Source: Anaerohalosphaeraceae bacterium (lineage in GTDB: Bacteria; Planctomycetota; Phycisphaerae; Sedimentisphaerales; Anaerohalosphaeraceae). From it: a stretch of 64,000 nt of DNA. Below are positions 47,530 to 58,368 of the stretch, in pieces (the first letter of the stretch is position 1; every line of letters starts with the position of its first letter). The position numbers and the translations under genes were made by a program. Location of the stretch: assembly GCA_963675525.2 (NCBI GenBank), contig CAXXSL010000008.1:96001-160000 (forward strand). Direction: 5' to 3'. The notes below the pieces were generated by a model. That model saw only the letters and a list, made by a program, of their open reading frames with translations. It was not told the DNA's origin and ran no database searches.

Positions 47530-48676
47530 ATATAGCTTGTTGTCGGCGATTGTGTTGATTGTTGCGGTCGGATTCGCGAATGCGGAATCTGCCAAAAAGC
47601 AGATTGCCGAGGGCAATGCGCTTTATCAACAGGGCAATTACGGGCAGGCTGCTGAAAAATATGAACAGGCTCTGAAAGCAAATCCGCAGATTGCCGAAGC
47701 CCAATTCAATCAAGCCAATTCGCTCTATCGCCAAAAGGAATTTGATGCGGCGATTGAGGCGTATCAAAAGGCCGCGGTGCAAAGTCAGGATTCAGATCTT
47801 ATCGCAAAAGCCAAATATAATCTGGGTAACAGTTATTTTAACCGCGGTATGCAGCAGCAGGATGACCCTCAAAAAGCGATTGAGAGCTTTGAGGCCGGGA
47901 TTGACTCGTGGCGTCAGGCACAGCAGATGCAGCCGCAAAATCCGGCGGCGGCGAAAAATATCGAAGTAGCCCGGCTAACCATCCAGCAGCTAAAGCAGCT
48001 TATGGAACAACAGCAGCAGCAACAGCAACAACAGAAATATCTTCAAAAACAACTCGAAGAACTGAAAGACAAGCAGCAGGAATTACAAAATCAGACACAG
48101 CAAGCTCAATCCGAGCAGAAACAGGACCCGCAGTTGAGCGAACAGCAATCGCAACTGAATGAGCAGACGCAGCAAACAGCCGAGCAAATGCAGCAGATGG
48201 CACAGCAGTCTCAGAACCAGAAAGACCAATCTCAGCAACAACCTCAGCCGCAAAATCAAAAACTACAGGATGCCGCCAAGGAAATGACGCAGGCACTTGA
48301 ACAGCAAAGGCAAGCCAAAGAAAACCTGCAAAAAGAGGATCTTTCTGAAGCGCAGAAAAATCAGGAACAAGCCGCTGATCAAATCCAAAAAGCCATCGAT
48401 GCCTTAAAAGATAAGCAAAAGCAGGACGACCAACAGCAGCAACAGAAGCAGTCGAGTGACCAGCAGGAGAATCAGCAGCAATCCAATCAGCAGTCGCAAC
48501 AGGACCAGCAGCAACAGCAGGGACAGGAAGATCAATCACAGCAGAAAGACGCAGACAAGCAAAAGGCCGAAGCAGCCCAGGCAACGGCCGATGAAATACT
48601 GAACAAAGAACAGGAAGATCGGGAAAAACGCCAAATCTTGATCCGAGGACGACATAACGTGGAAAGGGACTGGTAA
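47516..48676 (+). CDS. batC: BatC-like TPR protein with long Gln-rich region
   Basis: GNALYQQGNY, YNLGNSYF TPRs; poly-Q tracts; C-terminal VERDW. Confidence 0.8.
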   Translation: MNVNKYSLLSAIVLIVAVGFANAESAKKQIAEGNALYQQGNYGQAAEKYEQALKANPQIAEAQFNQANSLYRQKEFDAAIEAYQKAAVQSQDSDLIAKAKYNLGNSYFNRGMQQQDDPQKAIESFEAGIDSWRQAQQMQPQNPAAAKNIEVARLTIQQLKQLMEQQQQQQQQQKYLQKQLEELKDKQQELQNQTQQAQSEQKQDPQLSEQQSQLNEQTQQTAEQMQQMAQQSQNQKDQSQQQPQPQNQKLQDAAKEMTQALEQQRQAKENLQKEDLSEAQKNQEQAADQIQKAIDALKDKQKQDDQQQQQKQSSDQQENQQQSNQQSQQDQQQQQGQEDQSQQKDADKQKAEAAQATADEILNKEQEDREKRQILIRGRHNVERDW

Positions 48677-48677
48677 T

Positions 48678-50498
48678 TTGAAAGTGTTGACTCGACACAT
48701 TTTTGGGATTGTATTCTTGTTGGTTTTTATGGCCGGACAGGCCATCGCTGATGTTCAGGTTCAGGCCCAGGTGGACCGATCCAAACCCATCTATGCAGGC
48801 AGTCGATTCGCCTATCGCATCGTTGTCGAAAATGGACAGTTGCAAGGCGATATTGATGTGTCACCTTTGAAAGCATATAATCCATCCGGCCCATCCATCC
48901 AAAACAGCACATCCATTATCAACGGCCGCGCATCAAGTTCTCAAAACCTCACCTATCAGCTTTTGGCACCTGGCGAAGGGGATTTCACGATTCCATCTTT
49001 GCAGGTGGCTGTTGATGGAAAAACGTATCAGACGAATCCTGTAACCATTTCGGTTGTCGAACCGGGATCAACGAAACAACTCGATGTTGAAGTCGAGCTT
49101 TCAACGCAGACATGTTATGTGGGCCAACCGGTCATTCTAACGGTGTCTTTTTATGTCTGGACGGATATTGTCCGTGCAGATCAGATCGCCAACATTGATA
49201 TTCAGGTTCCGATCCTTAATGATGGCAGTTTCTATGTGGAAGACATTGATTCCTCCCCTGCGAACACCACAAAGTCGGTCCTGCCGGTAAATGGCCGCAA
49301 AGAATATGTTTATCAGGACCAACTCCTGCATGATAGTGTAAACTGCGTGCGGGTTCGATTTACCAAAGTGCTGATTCCTAAAAAAGCCGGAACAATTGAT
49401 TTCAAACCGGTTTCGGTGACTGCGGACTTGGCTGTCAGCAAGAAAAGTCAGAACCGTGATCGGTTTTTTGGCGATTTCTTCGGGCCCCAGTACGAATATC
49501 AGCGTTTCGGAGTTGAATCAGATACGCTTCAATTGACAGTGCGGCAGTTGCCGCAAGCGGGAAAACCCGACGATTTCTACGGGCTTGTGGGTAATTATAC
49601 CATTTCGGCCGATGCGACACCGAAAGAAGTCAATGTCGGTGACCCGATTACATTGACGATTCGCGTCAGCGGCAGCCGGTATTTAAAGCCCGTCCAATGG
49701 CCTGACCTTGAAAAGATTCCGGAGATGCCCGATTCTTTCAAGATTCCATCGGAGCGTTCCGATGGCGAAATTCGAAATAACGCAAAGGTGTTTACGCAAA
49801 CGATTCGACCCAATCATGATAATGTCAAGCAGATACCGCCGATACCGCTGAGCTTTTTTGATGCCGATACCGGCAGGTACCGAACCGCCTCGACCAAACC
49901 GATTCCTTTACAGGTTTCGCCGACGCGTATTGTGACCGGGGGAGATGTTGAAAGCCACCAGTTTTCATCTGCCAGGACGCAGATCAAAGCAATCCAGGAA
50001 GGCCTGTCAGCAAACTACACCTCTCCGGATGCACTGGTTAATCAGCGTTTTTCCTTGTTGGATGCAATGACAAGTCCGGTCTTTATTGTTCTGTACGCGG
50101 TTCCATTTATCATTTTGATTGTCAGTGTGATGATTCGATATGCTCTCGCCGACAACCCGCAGCGGCAATCTGCCAACAAACGCAGAAAGGCCTATTCGCT
50201 GGCCGCCAAACAGCTTCGCTATGCCGCCACTCATGAAAAACCGTCACAGCAGGTTCTTGCCGCATTAAAACAGTATGTCGCTGATAAGTTCGCGAAATCA
50301 GCCGGAGCCCTGACTGCACAGGATTGTGGAGAGGTCATTTTCGAAAAGACGAACGATTCAGAGTTATCTGAACAGTATCAGGAAATCATGGCCCAGACCG
50401 AGGCCTCTGAATACAGCCCCATGGCGTTTAAACTGACGGATGAAAAACAAAAAGAAATCCTTGGGCTTTTAGCCGTCATCGAGAAGAAGGTGAAATGA
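48678..50498 (+). CDS. batD: BatD-family protein
   Basis: TSIING, FYGLVGNY, VGDPITLTIRVSG, IPPIPLSFFD...Y; TM near the C-terminus. Confidence 0.85.
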   Translation: MKVLTRHIFGIVFLLVFMAGQAIADVQVQAQVDRSKPIYAGSRFAYRIVVENGQLQGDIDVSPLKAYNPSGPSIQNSTSIINGRASSSQNLTYQLLAPGEGDFTIPSLQVAVDGKTYQTNPVTISVVEPGSTKQLDVEVELSTQTCYVGQPVILTVSFYVWTDIVRADQIANIDIQVPILNDGSFYVEDIDSSPANTTKSVLPVNGRKEYVYQDQLLHDSVNCVRVRFTKVLIPKKAGTIDFKPVSVTADLAVSKKSQNRDRFFGDFFGPQYEYQRFGVESDTLQLTVRQLPQAGKPDDFYGLVGNYTISADATPKEVNVGDPITLTIRVSGSRYLKPVQWPDLEKIPEMPDSFKIPSERSDGEIRNNAKVFTQTIRPNHDNVKQIPPIPLSFFDADTGRYRTASTKPIPLQVSPTRIVTGGDVESHQFSSARTQIKAIQEGLSANYTSPDALVNQRFSLLDAMTSPVFIVLYAVPFIILIVSVMIRYALADNPQRQSANKRRKAYSLAAKQLRYAATHEKPSQQVLAALKQYVADKFAKSAGALTAQDCGEVIFEKTNDSELSEQYQEIMAQTEASEYSPMAFKLTDEKQKEILGLLAVIEKKVK

Positions 50499-51313
50499 AA
50501 ATGAGAGATAAAATATTATTAGTTACCAGTCTCCTTCTCGGCATCTTGTGTGCCAATGCCGATGCAAAGCTGTCAAAAGATGAAGCATACCTTGCCTTTA
50601 CACAAGCCAATGATGCGTTTGCGAAAGCCAATCAAGTTGCGGACAATCCCGAGCAGGCGAAAATGTTTTATCAGCAGGCAATTGCCGGGTATGAAAGAAT
50701 TATCGAAGCCGGTGGGATTCATAACGCAGAGTTGTTCTGCAACCTTGGAAACAGTTATCTCTTGACCGATGATCTCGGACGGGCGATTTTGAACTATCGC
50801 CGTGCGCAGCGGTTGGACAATTCCAACCCGGACATTCACAAGAATCTGAATTTTGCACAAAGTAAACGGACTGACCAGTTTATGGTGACAACTCAGAAGA
50901 AGATTTTAGAGCGATTATTTTTCTGGCACTATGACTTTTCAATGAAAACACGGTTTATCATTGGGGGAATTTGTTTCGCAGTCTTTTGTATTTGGCTGGT
51001 ATTAAAAGTATGGTTTGCCAGATGGCCCGCTGTGATACCTGTATGTTGTGTGATGGTCTTGATTCCGATTGCAATGATTGCTTCGGTTGCGATTGAGCAG
51101 CATTCATTGACAACCCATCGTAGTGGTGTGATCATATCAGAGTCGGTGGTTGCCCGGCAGGGAGACGGGGATAATTATCCGAAAAGTTTCAACGAACCAC
51201 TTCACGCAGGCACCGAGTTTGATCTTATTGAACAGCGCCCTGACTGGCTTTACATTGAATTGCCAAATGGCCAGAATACCTGGATTCCCAGCCAATCAAC
51301 AGAATTAATTTAA
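50495..51313 (+). CDS. batE: BatE-like TPR/SH3 protein
   Basis: NLGNSY...GRAILNYRRA; two TM helices; LHAGTEF...W..IELPNG..TWIP SH3-like end. Confidence 0.85.
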   Translation: MKMRDKILLVTSLLLGILCANADAKLSKDEAYLAFTQANDAFAKANQVADNPEQAKMFYQQAIAGYERIIEAGGIHNAELFCNLGNSYLLTDDLGRAILNYRRAQRLDNSNPDIHKNLNFAQSKRTDQFMVTTQKKILERLFFWHYDFSMKTRFIIGGICFAVFCIWLVLKVWFARWPAVIPVCCVMVLIPIAMIASVAIEQHSLTTHRSGVIISESVVARQGDGDNYPKSFNEPLHAGTEFDLIEQRPDWLYIELPNGQNTWIPSQSTELI

Positions 51314-51708
51314 TGCATTTTCTTATGGACTTAAACCTGTTATCACGTTTGATCCGTTTCCACTCTCCCTTCTCCCCTACCGTCCCAGTTTGGACAGAAG
51401 GAAATATCATCGAGCAAAATATAGCTGTTGAATTTTCAGGCACGACTAGGACTACCTTCTTGCCCCCCTATAACCTCCGGATTAGTCTATAACAAACGAT
51501 CTCCTGCTCTACCTTCTCCTGCTTCTCCTACATGCCTTATCCTCTTAAAACTGAACCGGCACCATCCGGATTAATCACCCTGTTTTAATATTCTTTATAA
51601 AGTGTTTCGACACCATTTTGGATGCCAAAGGGGGTAGAAAGGGTAAATGTGGAGTAGGGATAAAAAGAAAAATCCACATTATTTGAATAATAATGGAGAT
51701 TTTCATAG

Positions 51709-51781
<73 letters not shown>

Positions 51782-51795
51782 GCAACAAGCTGGTA

Positions 51796-51824
51796 AATTT
51801 AGCACAAAAACCCCTATAAGGCAA
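51796..51824 (-). promoter_or_regulatory. Putative promoter of tRNA-Ala
   Basis: TTGCCT-17-TAAATT just upstream of the tRNA. Confidence 0.55.
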
Positions 51825-51884
51825 GGGTTTTAGAAATAGAAAATCGCACTTTTCATCATTTTAGCTGATTTTGGTTAAAAAAGC

Positions 51885-51913
51885 TTGAAATAGTCCTGCC
51901 TGACAGATAAAAT
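51885..51913 (+). promoter_or_regulatory. Putative promoter of tRNA-Thr and the arg genes
   Basis: TTGAAA-17-TAAAAT. Confidence 0.55.
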
Positions 51914-52001
51914 CACGCGTTTCCGGTTCAGGACAGAAAACCGTTCATAAAGATGGCTCTGACGCGGGAAACGACAAATGACAAATCGCAGCGCAGCTTA
52001 G

Positions 52002-52073
52002 GCCAATGTAGCTCAACGGTAGAGCACCGGTTTTGTAAACCGGCGGTTGAGGGTTCGATTCCCTCCGTTGGCT
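52002..52073 (+). tRNA. tRNA-Thr(TGT)
   Basis: GCCAATGTAGCTCAACGGTAGAGCACCGGTTTTGTAAACCGGCGGTTGAGGGTTCGATTCCCTCCGTTGGCT cloverleaf, anticodon TGT. Confidence 0.96.
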
Positions 52074-52171
52074 TTTTTGTATTTATACGAAAAAGGGGAA
52101 CCTGCCCCGGTGTTCTGATACCCAGACCCCAAAGCCCTTTCCCTTGTAACGGAAAATGGGAGTTATAAAAT

Positions 52172-53047
52172 ATGGAACAGGCAATTGCAAAAGCCGGTGC
52201 TTTAATTGAGGCGATGGAATATATCCGAAGCTTCAAAGGCAAAATTGTTGTCGTCAAGCTCGGCGGCAGTATTTTGGACGATCTTGAGCTTCAAAAGAAG
52301 CTCCTGACTGACATTGTCTTTATGTCAATCGTCGGTATGCGGCCGATCCTGGTGCACGGCGGCGGCAAAGCCATTACCGCAGCCATGAATCAGGCGGGAC
52401 TGGAACCGGTCTGGGTTCACGGCCGGCGTTATACTGACGAGCGTACCTTAGCGATTGCCGAACATACGCTGGTCAAAACCGTCAACCAGCCCATTTGTGA
52501 GACACTCAATGATCTCGGTGTCAATAGCATGGGGCTCCATTCGTTAAGCAGTTGCGTGGTCTTTGCCGAACCGCTGAGGTTGGAAAACGGCGACGGACGC
52601 AAAGTAGATCTGGGGCAGGTCGGCAAAGTGTCCGAAATTAACGCCAGTCTACTGACGACCCTGTGCCAAAGCGGCGTGATCCCGGTCATCGCACCCGTCG
52701 CCCGTGCCAAAACCGGCGGAAAACTGAACGTCAATGCCGACAGTGTCGCCGGGCATGTAGCCGCGGCGGTCAGCGCCGAAAAACTGGTCGTTCTCAGCGA
52801 CACCCACGGCATCCGGATGAATGTGGACGATCCGGAAAGCTGGGTGTCCAGCGTCAGTGAAGCGGAGATCGCAAAAATGATCGCTGACGGAATTATTTCT
52901 TCCGGCATGATGCCTAAAGTGGAATCCTGCATTACCGCATTGAACGGCGGCACCGGCAAAGCACATATTATTGACGGACGAATCCCGCACTCGTTGCTGC
53001 TGGAAATTTATACCGACAAGGGAATTGGATCGCAGATTACAAAATAA
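52172..53047 (+). CDS. argB: Acetylglutamate kinase
   Basis: VVKLGGS, VHGGGK, NVNAD, GMMPKV, HIIDGRIPHSLLLEI. Confidence 0.96.
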   Translation: MEQAIAKAGALIEAMEYIRSFKGKIVVVKLGGSILDDLELQKKLLTDIVFMSIVGMRPILVHGGGKAITAAMNQAGLEPVWVHGRRYTDERTLAIAEHTLVKTVNQPICETLNDLGVNSMGLHSLSSCVVFAEPLRLENGDGRKVDLGQVGKVSEINASLLTTLCQSGVIPVIAPVARAKTGGKLNVNADSVAGHVAAAVSAEKLVVLSDTHGIRMNVDDPESWVSSVSEAEIAKMIADGIISSGMMPKVESCITALNGGTGKAHIIDGRIPHSLLLEIYTDKGIGSQITK

Positions 53048-53068
53048 TAATTAATACAGGCAAAAATC

Positions 53069-54256
53069 ATGAATACACAAGACGTACTTTCCATGTTTGA
53101 AAAATATGTTATCGCCAACTACGGGCGACTCCCCAAGGTCATTACCAAGGGCAAAAACAATACGTTCTGGGACCTGGAAAATAATGAGATTCTGGATATG
53201 TTTCCCGGCTGGGCTGTCAGCGGCATTGGTCACTGTCATCCCAAAGTTGTCCAGGCGATCCAAAAACAGGCGGCCGAACTGCTGCATATCGATAACACCT
53301 TTTACACGATCCAGCAGGGCCAACTGGCCAAAATGCTGAGCGAACGGGCATTTGGCGGTAAATGCTTTTTCTGCAACAGCGGTGCTGAAGCCAACGAAGC
53401 GGCGCTCAAACTGGCGCGCAAGCACACACCGCGGGAAAAATATAAGTTTATCACGGCGGAAAAAAGTTTCCACGGCCGAACATTCGCAACCGTCACCGCA
53501 ACAGGCCAGCCCAAGTACCACGAAGGCTTTCTGCCTCTGCCTGCGGGATTTGTCTATGTACCGTATAATGATATTGACGCCCTGCAGGAAGCGTTCGATG
53601 ACGAAGTCTGTGCGGTCATGATCGAGCCGATTCAAGGTGAAGGCGGTATCCATGAAGCCACGCATGAATATATGCAGACGATTCGAGACCTATGCGATGA
53701 GCATAGCGCATTAATGATCCTCGATGAAGTTCAGACTGGTATGGGACGGACCGGCCGATGGTTCGGCTATCAGCATTACGAAGTGGTGCCGGACATCATT
53801 ACAATGGCCAAGGCGCTGGGCGGCGGTGTCGCTATCGGCGCTATGATGGCACGGCCGGAAATCGCCAAGTCACTGGTGCCCGGAACACATGCCTCAACCT
53901 TTGGCGGAAATTCTCTGGCCTGCGCAGCAGGCATCGCTGTCATTGAGGCAATCGAAGAGGAAAAACTGCTCGAAAACGCCCGAACTGTGGGACAATATCT
54001 GCTTGAGAAGTTAGAGCAGCTTAAAAATAAATACCTGGTCATCGACCATATCCGGGGTAAGGGGCTGATGCTGGGCGTTCAGTTAACCATGCCGGGCGCT
54101 GCGATTGTCAGCCGATGCCTCGCCAAAGGACTGCGAATCAACTGCACTCAGGAAAGCGTTTTGCGAATCATGCCGTCGATGACGGTGACAAAAGACGAAA
54201 TTGACCGGGCTGTTGCGATCATGGATGAGGTCCTCCGGGAAGGAGAGACATCGTGA
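53069..54256 (+). CDS. argD: Acetylornithine aminotransferase
   Basis: FCNSGAEANE, SFHGRT, EPIQGEGG, DEVQTGMGRTG, AKALGGG. Confidence 0.94.
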   Translation: MNTQDVLSMFEKYVIANYGRLPKVITKGKNNTFWDLENNEILDMFPGWAVSGIGHCHPKVVQAIQKQAAELLHIDNTFYTIQQGQLAKMLSERAFGGKCFFCNSGAEANEAALKLARKHTPREKYKFITAEKSFHGRTFATVTATGQPKYHEGFLPLPAGFVYVPYNDIDALQEAFDDEVCAVMIEPIQGEGGIHEATHEYMQTIRDLCDEHSALMILDEVQTGMGRTGRWFGYQHYEVVPDIITMAKALGGGVAIGAMMARPEIAKSLVPGTHASTFGGNSLACAAGIAVIEAIEEEKLLENARTVGQYLLEKLEQLKNKYLVIDHIRGKGLMLGVQLTMPGAAIVSRCLAKGLRINCTQESVLRIMPSMTVTKDEIDRAVAIMDEVLREGETS

Positions 54257-55164
54257 AAAGTTTTCTCTCGATCATCGACTGCTCCACCGAAGAACTCCAT
54301 GAATTGCTTGTGTTAACCGGTAAACTGAAAGCCCTGTACAAAAGCGGACAGCGGGATATCTGCCTGTCCGGCAAGGTGCTGGCAATGGTCTTTGAGAAGG
54401 CCAGTCTGCGAACACGCATCAGCTTTCAGGTCGCAATGCACGATCTCGGCGGAACCGCCATCTATATGAAACCCGAGGACATTGGGATCATCGGTCAGCG
54501 GGAACCGGCCAAAGATATGGCCCGGGTTTTCGCACGCTATGTGGATGGCATCATGGCACGAACCTTCTCGCACGAAACCATCGTCGAACTGGACCACTGG
54601 GCCAATGTACCGGTGATCAACGCACTCAGCGACTGGTCACACCCTTGTCAGGCGATGGCGGACCTGCAGACAATTCAGGAACACTGCGGTGACCTGAAAG
54701 GCTTGAAACTGGCTTATATCGGTGACGGCAACAATGTGGCCCGATCACTGGCATTTGCATGCGCCAAATTCGGCATGCAGTTCGCCTGTGCCTCGCCGGA
54801 AAGTTATCAGTTGGATGCCGACTCACTGAATACCGCCAATTCAATCTTTGCTGACTGTGCCGTCCTGACCAATGATCCGGTTCAGGCCGTCAAGGATGCA
54901 CAGGTCGTTTATACCGATACTTGGGTCAGCATGGGCCAGGAAGCGGAAAAATCGCAGCGCATCAAAGATTTTGAAGGATTTTCTGTAGACGAAGATTTGA
55001 TGGCAAACGCCCCGAAGGATGCCAAAGTGATGCACTGTCTGCCGGCTTATCGGGGGTATGAAATCTCTGACGGCATAATGGAATCAGAAAATTCCATCGT
55101 CTTCGATCAGGCGGAAAACCGGCTTCACTTCCAGCGGGCATTGTTAAAATACCTGATGAGCTAA
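54253..55164 (+). CDS. argF: Ornithine carbamoyltransferase
   Basis: FEKASLRTR, HPCQ, GDGNNV, WVSMGQE, HCLPA, DQAENR. Confidence 0.96.
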   Translation: MKSFLSIIDCSTEELHELLVLTGKLKALYKSGQRDICLSGKVLAMVFEKASLRTRISFQVAMHDLGGTAIYMKPEDIGIIGQREPAKDMARVFARYVDGIMARTFSHETIVELDHWANVPVINALSDWSHPCQAMADLQTIQEHCGDLKGLKLAYIGDGNNVARSLAFACAKFGMQFACASPESYQLDADSLNTANSIFADCAVLTNDPVQAVKDAQVVYTDTWVSMGQEAEKSQRIKDFEGFSVDEDLMANAPKDAKVMHCLPAYRGYEISDGIMESENSIVFDQAENRLHFQRALLKYLMS

Positions 55165-55186
55165 ATCCTTGCGAACTGAGGGCTAA

Positions 55187-55810
55187 ATGAAAATTCTCGT
55201 CGCAACCACGAATCCCGGAAAACTGCAGGAGTTAACCGAACTGCTCGGCGACGTTGCCGCAGATATCCAGTGGACCTGCCTGCGTGACTTCCCGAATATC
55301 TCAGAGGTCGAAGAGGACGGCGACACCTTCGCACATAATGCTCAGAAAAAAGCTCTCGGCTATGCCAAAGCAACGGGTTTGTGGACACTCGCCGATGACT
55401 CCGGACTTGTGATCGACGCCCTGAACGGTCGTCCCGGCGTACAGAGTGCCCGCTTTGCCAACGACGAATGCCAAAGTACGAACCGCAGAACTATTGATAT
55501 TGCGAATTACCAAAAGGCCCTTCGTCTATTAAAGAATGTGCCACGCTCAGAACGGACTGCCCGCTTTGTTTGTCACCTGTGCCTTGCGAATGATAAGGAA
55601 ATTTTACTTCAGGCTGAAGGCACCGTCGAAGGAGTCATTATAGACAACCCTGCCGGGGACAATGGTTTTGGATATGACCCGATCTTTTATGTCCCCGAAC
55701 TGAAAAAGACCGTCGCAGAATTGGGAAATCACCAAAAAAACGTGATCTCGCATCGCGGCAATGCGATTCGAAAGTTAAAACCTCCGTTGGAAAATCTGCT
55801 TAAAAAATAA
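55187..55810 (+). CDS. rdgB: XTP/dITP diphosphatase (Ham1 family)
   Basis: ATTNPGKLQE, ADDSGL, GFGYDPIF, KNVISHRG. Confidence 0.95.
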   Translation: MKILVATTNPGKLQELTELLGDVAADIQWTCLRDFPNISEVEEDGDTFAHNAQKKALGYAKATGLWTLADDSGLVIDALNGRPGVQSARFANDECQSTNRRTIDIANYQKALRLLKNVPRSERTARFVCHLCLANDKEILLQAEGTVEGVIIDNPAGDNGFGYDPIFYVPELKKTVAELGNHQKNVISHRGNAIRKLKPPLENLLKK

Positions 55811-55831
55811 TGCAGCCGATTACAGGCCTGC

Positions 55832-58081
55832 TTAGAATTTATAGACCATTGTGAACGCCACTGACGGTGCGTGCGAACGATACATCTCTCCATCATAGTT
55901 GCGCTTGTTGAAGTCTTTATTGAAAATCCCCAACAAATTCATCCCGTCAACACGGAACGTCAGGTCTTCATTGGGCTGATACTGCAAGCCTAAGTTCAGA
56001 TAGTAATTTCCGCGATAGGACCGATTCCAACCTCCCTTAATAAACGTATTACCATTCGCATCTCTTTGGTAATGGTCGTAGTCTTTCAGACCCGTAAATC
56101 CCCAGTAAACACGCATGGAACCATCCAGCGTCCAGCGATCATTCAATTTATGCTCGGCCGTAACTTTCGTAATATGATTCGACCAGCGGGCAAAATCATT
56201 ACCAACACCATTCCCCATCGACGTGACAATTGTACTCTTACCCGGTTGAAGACTGAAATCATACAACTTTGAATAGGAGTGTGAAATCCCGAACCGAGTG
56301 TTTTCCGTATGATAGTAGCCCTCCAGTTCAAATCCCCAATCACGCTGTACCCCCACCGGAACGGGTGCGCTGTCGGCTCCGGAAAAGGTGATTAGATCCA
56401 AATTATAATGGACATAAACAGATGCCGCTAAGTCTAAAGCATCACTCTGCTCACGTTCATAACGTAATTCAACGCTATCAAGTTTTTCGGGATCTCCATC
56501 AGGTTTACCGCTTAATGCGCCGATTCGCATTTCCTCTTCGAAGTTCGCCCTCACCGAACGAGCCCACATGAGTTTATAGACATCTTTTTCATTCGGTGCA
56601 AACACCAGAGAAGCACGCGGCGAGAACATTCTTTCGCTGTACGTATGATCATCAATTCTGGCGCCCAAAAAGGATGTCCACTGGTCATTGATGTTCCATT
56701 GGTACTCGCCCAATATCGAATACATATTACTCGACCATCGTTCTAAGGAGACGCCAGCGGCAGATATAGCACTGTTAACAAATCCGTCATTGGGCCACCC
56801 GAGACCATTCATACCTAATTCATGATGAGAAACTTCAACACCCATGGCAATTTTATGCTGCTTATTAAAATCATGCCTCAGCATCGCTTTGCCGTAGTAT
56901 TCATCCTCTCGGTATGAATCCACGACCCCATTGTCAATAAACCGCTCGTAATCCATCATGTCGTAACTAAATGCATATTCAACCGATGTTTTCTCGCTGA
57001 GTTCTTCTTCGTATCCGATATAGCCGGTGAGCTGTTGATAGCCGTAGCCGTTGGGCTGAAGCGGTATGAGACTCGATGAGCCCCAGTCCCATAAATGTTC
57101 CGCCCAGCCTGTGGGATCGCGGGCAATATAGCCCTTATACCATGCAAACTGCTTGCCCCCTCGCGTATAGCGAGCCCAGAGGTCCCAGTTGCCTTTCGTC
57201 ATCTGAGCATACAGCTTTATCGGGGGCAGATTTCTGTGAGCCTCGCCATCGTTATAGACCGACACGCCGGTCAGCGCATCGCCGGCTTGATAACCATCAG
57301 CCGGGAACGGCCCGGGCCCAGCTCCCCAGGCCGGATCCCACCAACCCGTTGTGCTTGGAAAATCACCTGCTAAAATGATGGGCGCAGATTTCTCGCCAGC
57401 CCCCCGATATCGTCCGATTCCCGCATACAAAAAGAGGCCGCCGTCATCGTCATAAAATTTTCGTCCATGTTTGATTTCCGTTGAGTAGAATTCTTCAACC
57501 GCTCCGGCACGTGTGGTTATTTCCGTTCCCTGGAAAGTTTCAGCGCTGTGTGTGACAATGTTAATAACCATCGAAACAGCACCCGGCCCGTAAAGTGCCG
57601 ATCCCGGGCCGCGTATGACATCGATATGATGAATATCCCGCATCATCGACAAGTCTTTCTCACTGATCACCCCATAATGCGTCCGGTCATTCATCACACG
57701 ACCATTGACCAGCAGCAGATACTTGTCGTCACGGTCATTCATAATACCGCGAAGACCCATATTATCCGGTTCCCAAAGATTGTGAATCCACTGCAAATTG
57801 GGCACATAAATATCCAGCAGTTCAAACAAACTCCGGGCGCCCGATGCCTGGATATCTTTTTCTGTAATCGTCGTCACTGCAGCCGGGACCAACCGCGGGT
57901 CTGCGTCTGTCAGAGTGGCCGTCGAAGCAATTTCAATATTCATCAATTGCTCCATAGACATATCAAACAAATCTTCCGGCTCAAGGACTTCTGCCGCCTG
58001 AGCAGAGAAAACCAATACGAAAAGAAGCAATCCGAATTTAATCGCAATTCCAATTCCACAATTTAACTTTGGTTTTTTCAT
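55832..58081 (-). CDS. TonB-dependent receptor, paralog 1
   Basis: DLFDMSMEQLMNIEI, plug LLLVNGR...IDVIRGPGSALYG, FSPR, C-terminal YKF. Confidence 0.9.
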   Translation of the reverse strand: MKKPKLNCGIGIAIKFGLLLFVLVFSAQAAEVLEPEDLFDMSMEQLMNIEIASTATLTDADPRLVPAAVTTITEKDIQASGARSLFELLDIYVPNLQWIHNLWEPDNMGLRGIMNDRDDKYLLLVNGRVMNDRTHYGVISEKDLSMMRDIHHIDVIRGPGSALYGPGAVSMVINIVTHSAETFQGTEITTRAGAVEEFYSTEIKHGRKFYDDDGGLFLYAGIGRYRGAGEKSAPIILAGDFPSTTGWWDPAWGAGPGPFPADGYQAGDALTGVSVYNDGEAHRNLPPIKLYAQMTKGNWDLWARYTRGGKQFAWYKGYIARDPTGWAEHLWDWGSSSLIPLQPNGYGYQQLTGYIGYEEELSEKTSVEYAFSYDMMDYERFIDNGVVDSYREDEYYGKAMLRHDFNKQHKIAMGVEVSHHELGMNGLGWPNDGFVNSAISAAGVSLERWSSNMYSILGEYQWNINDQWTSFLGARIDDHTYSERMFSPRASLVFAPNEKDVYKLMWARSVRANFEEEMRIGALSGKPDGDPEKLDSVELRYEREQSDALDLAASVYVHYNLDLITFSGADSAPVPVGVQRDWGFELEGYYHTENTRFGISHSYSKLYDFSLQPGKSTIVTSMGNGVGNDFARWSNHITKVTAEHKLNDRWTLDGSMRVYWGFTGLKDYDHYQRDANGNTFIKGGWNRSYRGNYYLNLGLQYQPNEDLTFRVDGMNLLGIFNKDFNKRNYDGEMYRSHAPSVAFTMVYKF

Positions 58082-58368
58082 AACTTATACCTTTGCTGCT
58101 TAACAACCAAAAACAATCTTGAAATTCAAGACCTTTGCTTGCCACATAAAAGTACTCCTTTTTAATAAAGAAAACCGTTAACTCATCGTCTAACAAATAA
58201 GCTGACTAAAGCAGCAATAAGTGTAAAATAAGAAAAATAATCATAAGCCCTTTTAAATAAGAATCTTATGGGGGAAGATGCAATTAAAATGTATCCGAAA
58301 TATTGGATTTATTCGGACCTTTAAGAGAGAGTTTCTACATAACACTCTTTTTCTCCAGTATCCGGAGA

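Noticed and set aside
48000..48845. 281-aa Ala/Val-rich minus-strand ORF
   Set aside because: Reverse complement of the Gln-rich batC tract
51314..51708. Possible integrase remnant next to tRNA-Ala
   Set aside because: No tyrosine- or serine-recombinase motif recognisable in the short ORFs here
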